A stretch of 26,737 nucleotides of DNA from Candidatus Tenderia sp. (lineage in GTDB: Bacteria; Pseudomonadota; Gammaproteobacteria; Tenderiales; Tenderiaceae), in NCBI GenBank assembly GCA_031416075.1, contig JANOSY010000012.1:1-26737 (forward strand), in the 5' to 3' direction. The translations under genes and the position numbers were made by a program. Below, piece after piece: positions 26,598 through 26,737 of this stretch. Positions within the stretch are counted from its first letter, which is position 1; each line of letters opens with the position of its first letter. The notes beneath the pieces are model-generated. The model saw nothing but the letters and a program-made list of their open reading frames with translations. It made no database searches and was not told the DNA's origin.

Positions 26598-26737
26598 CAG
26601 GGCAATCGCGCTATAAATCTCTTGCCGATCAGGATTAAATGAGGTATGGGTTAAGGATTTGACAGGAAGTCAAATGCTACCCGACCCACGACCGTATTTT
26701 GAAGTATTGGCTGATCCCCGCCGGGAGACGAAGAACA
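26598..26737 (+). mobile_element. ISAs1-family element left end with transposase start (ATG 26674, runs off the window)
   Basis: Terminal CAGGGCAATCGC typical of ISAs1; MLPDPRPYFEVLADPRRETKN matches the ISAs1 N-terminal F..L.DPR motif. Confidence 0.8.

Overview
A GC-rich, probably gammaproteobacterial chromosomal window bounded by the start of an IS630-like element (left edge) and an ISAs1 element (right edge). Backbone genes are a RimK-like ATP-grasp/GNAT-C39 pair, argE, an NlpC/P60 lipoprotein, a MidA-family methyltransferase, a pteridine reductase and tex. Two accessory tracts interrupt them. (1) 4.6-14.2 kb: unrelated cargo modules (two hypotheticals, an IS5 fragment, a 7-repeat SBBP/FN3/GlyGly-CTERM surface protein, an orphan Tle1-DUF2931 effector-immunity set) are separated by five same-orientation copies of a composite GTAG-REP element. 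The last copy runs directly into a 22-codon stub of a REP-associated tyrosine transposase (RAYT). Three cargo genes, and probably argE, take their stop codon from a repeat copy. (2) 17.3-24.2 kb: an OGT-like TPR-GT41 protein, a Fic protein, and a 3.3-kb block (HTH-HATPase-STAS plus DUF4062-like/TPR) bracketed by a decayed duplicate of the tex 3' end. Family calls come from motif recognition by eye; no database search was run.
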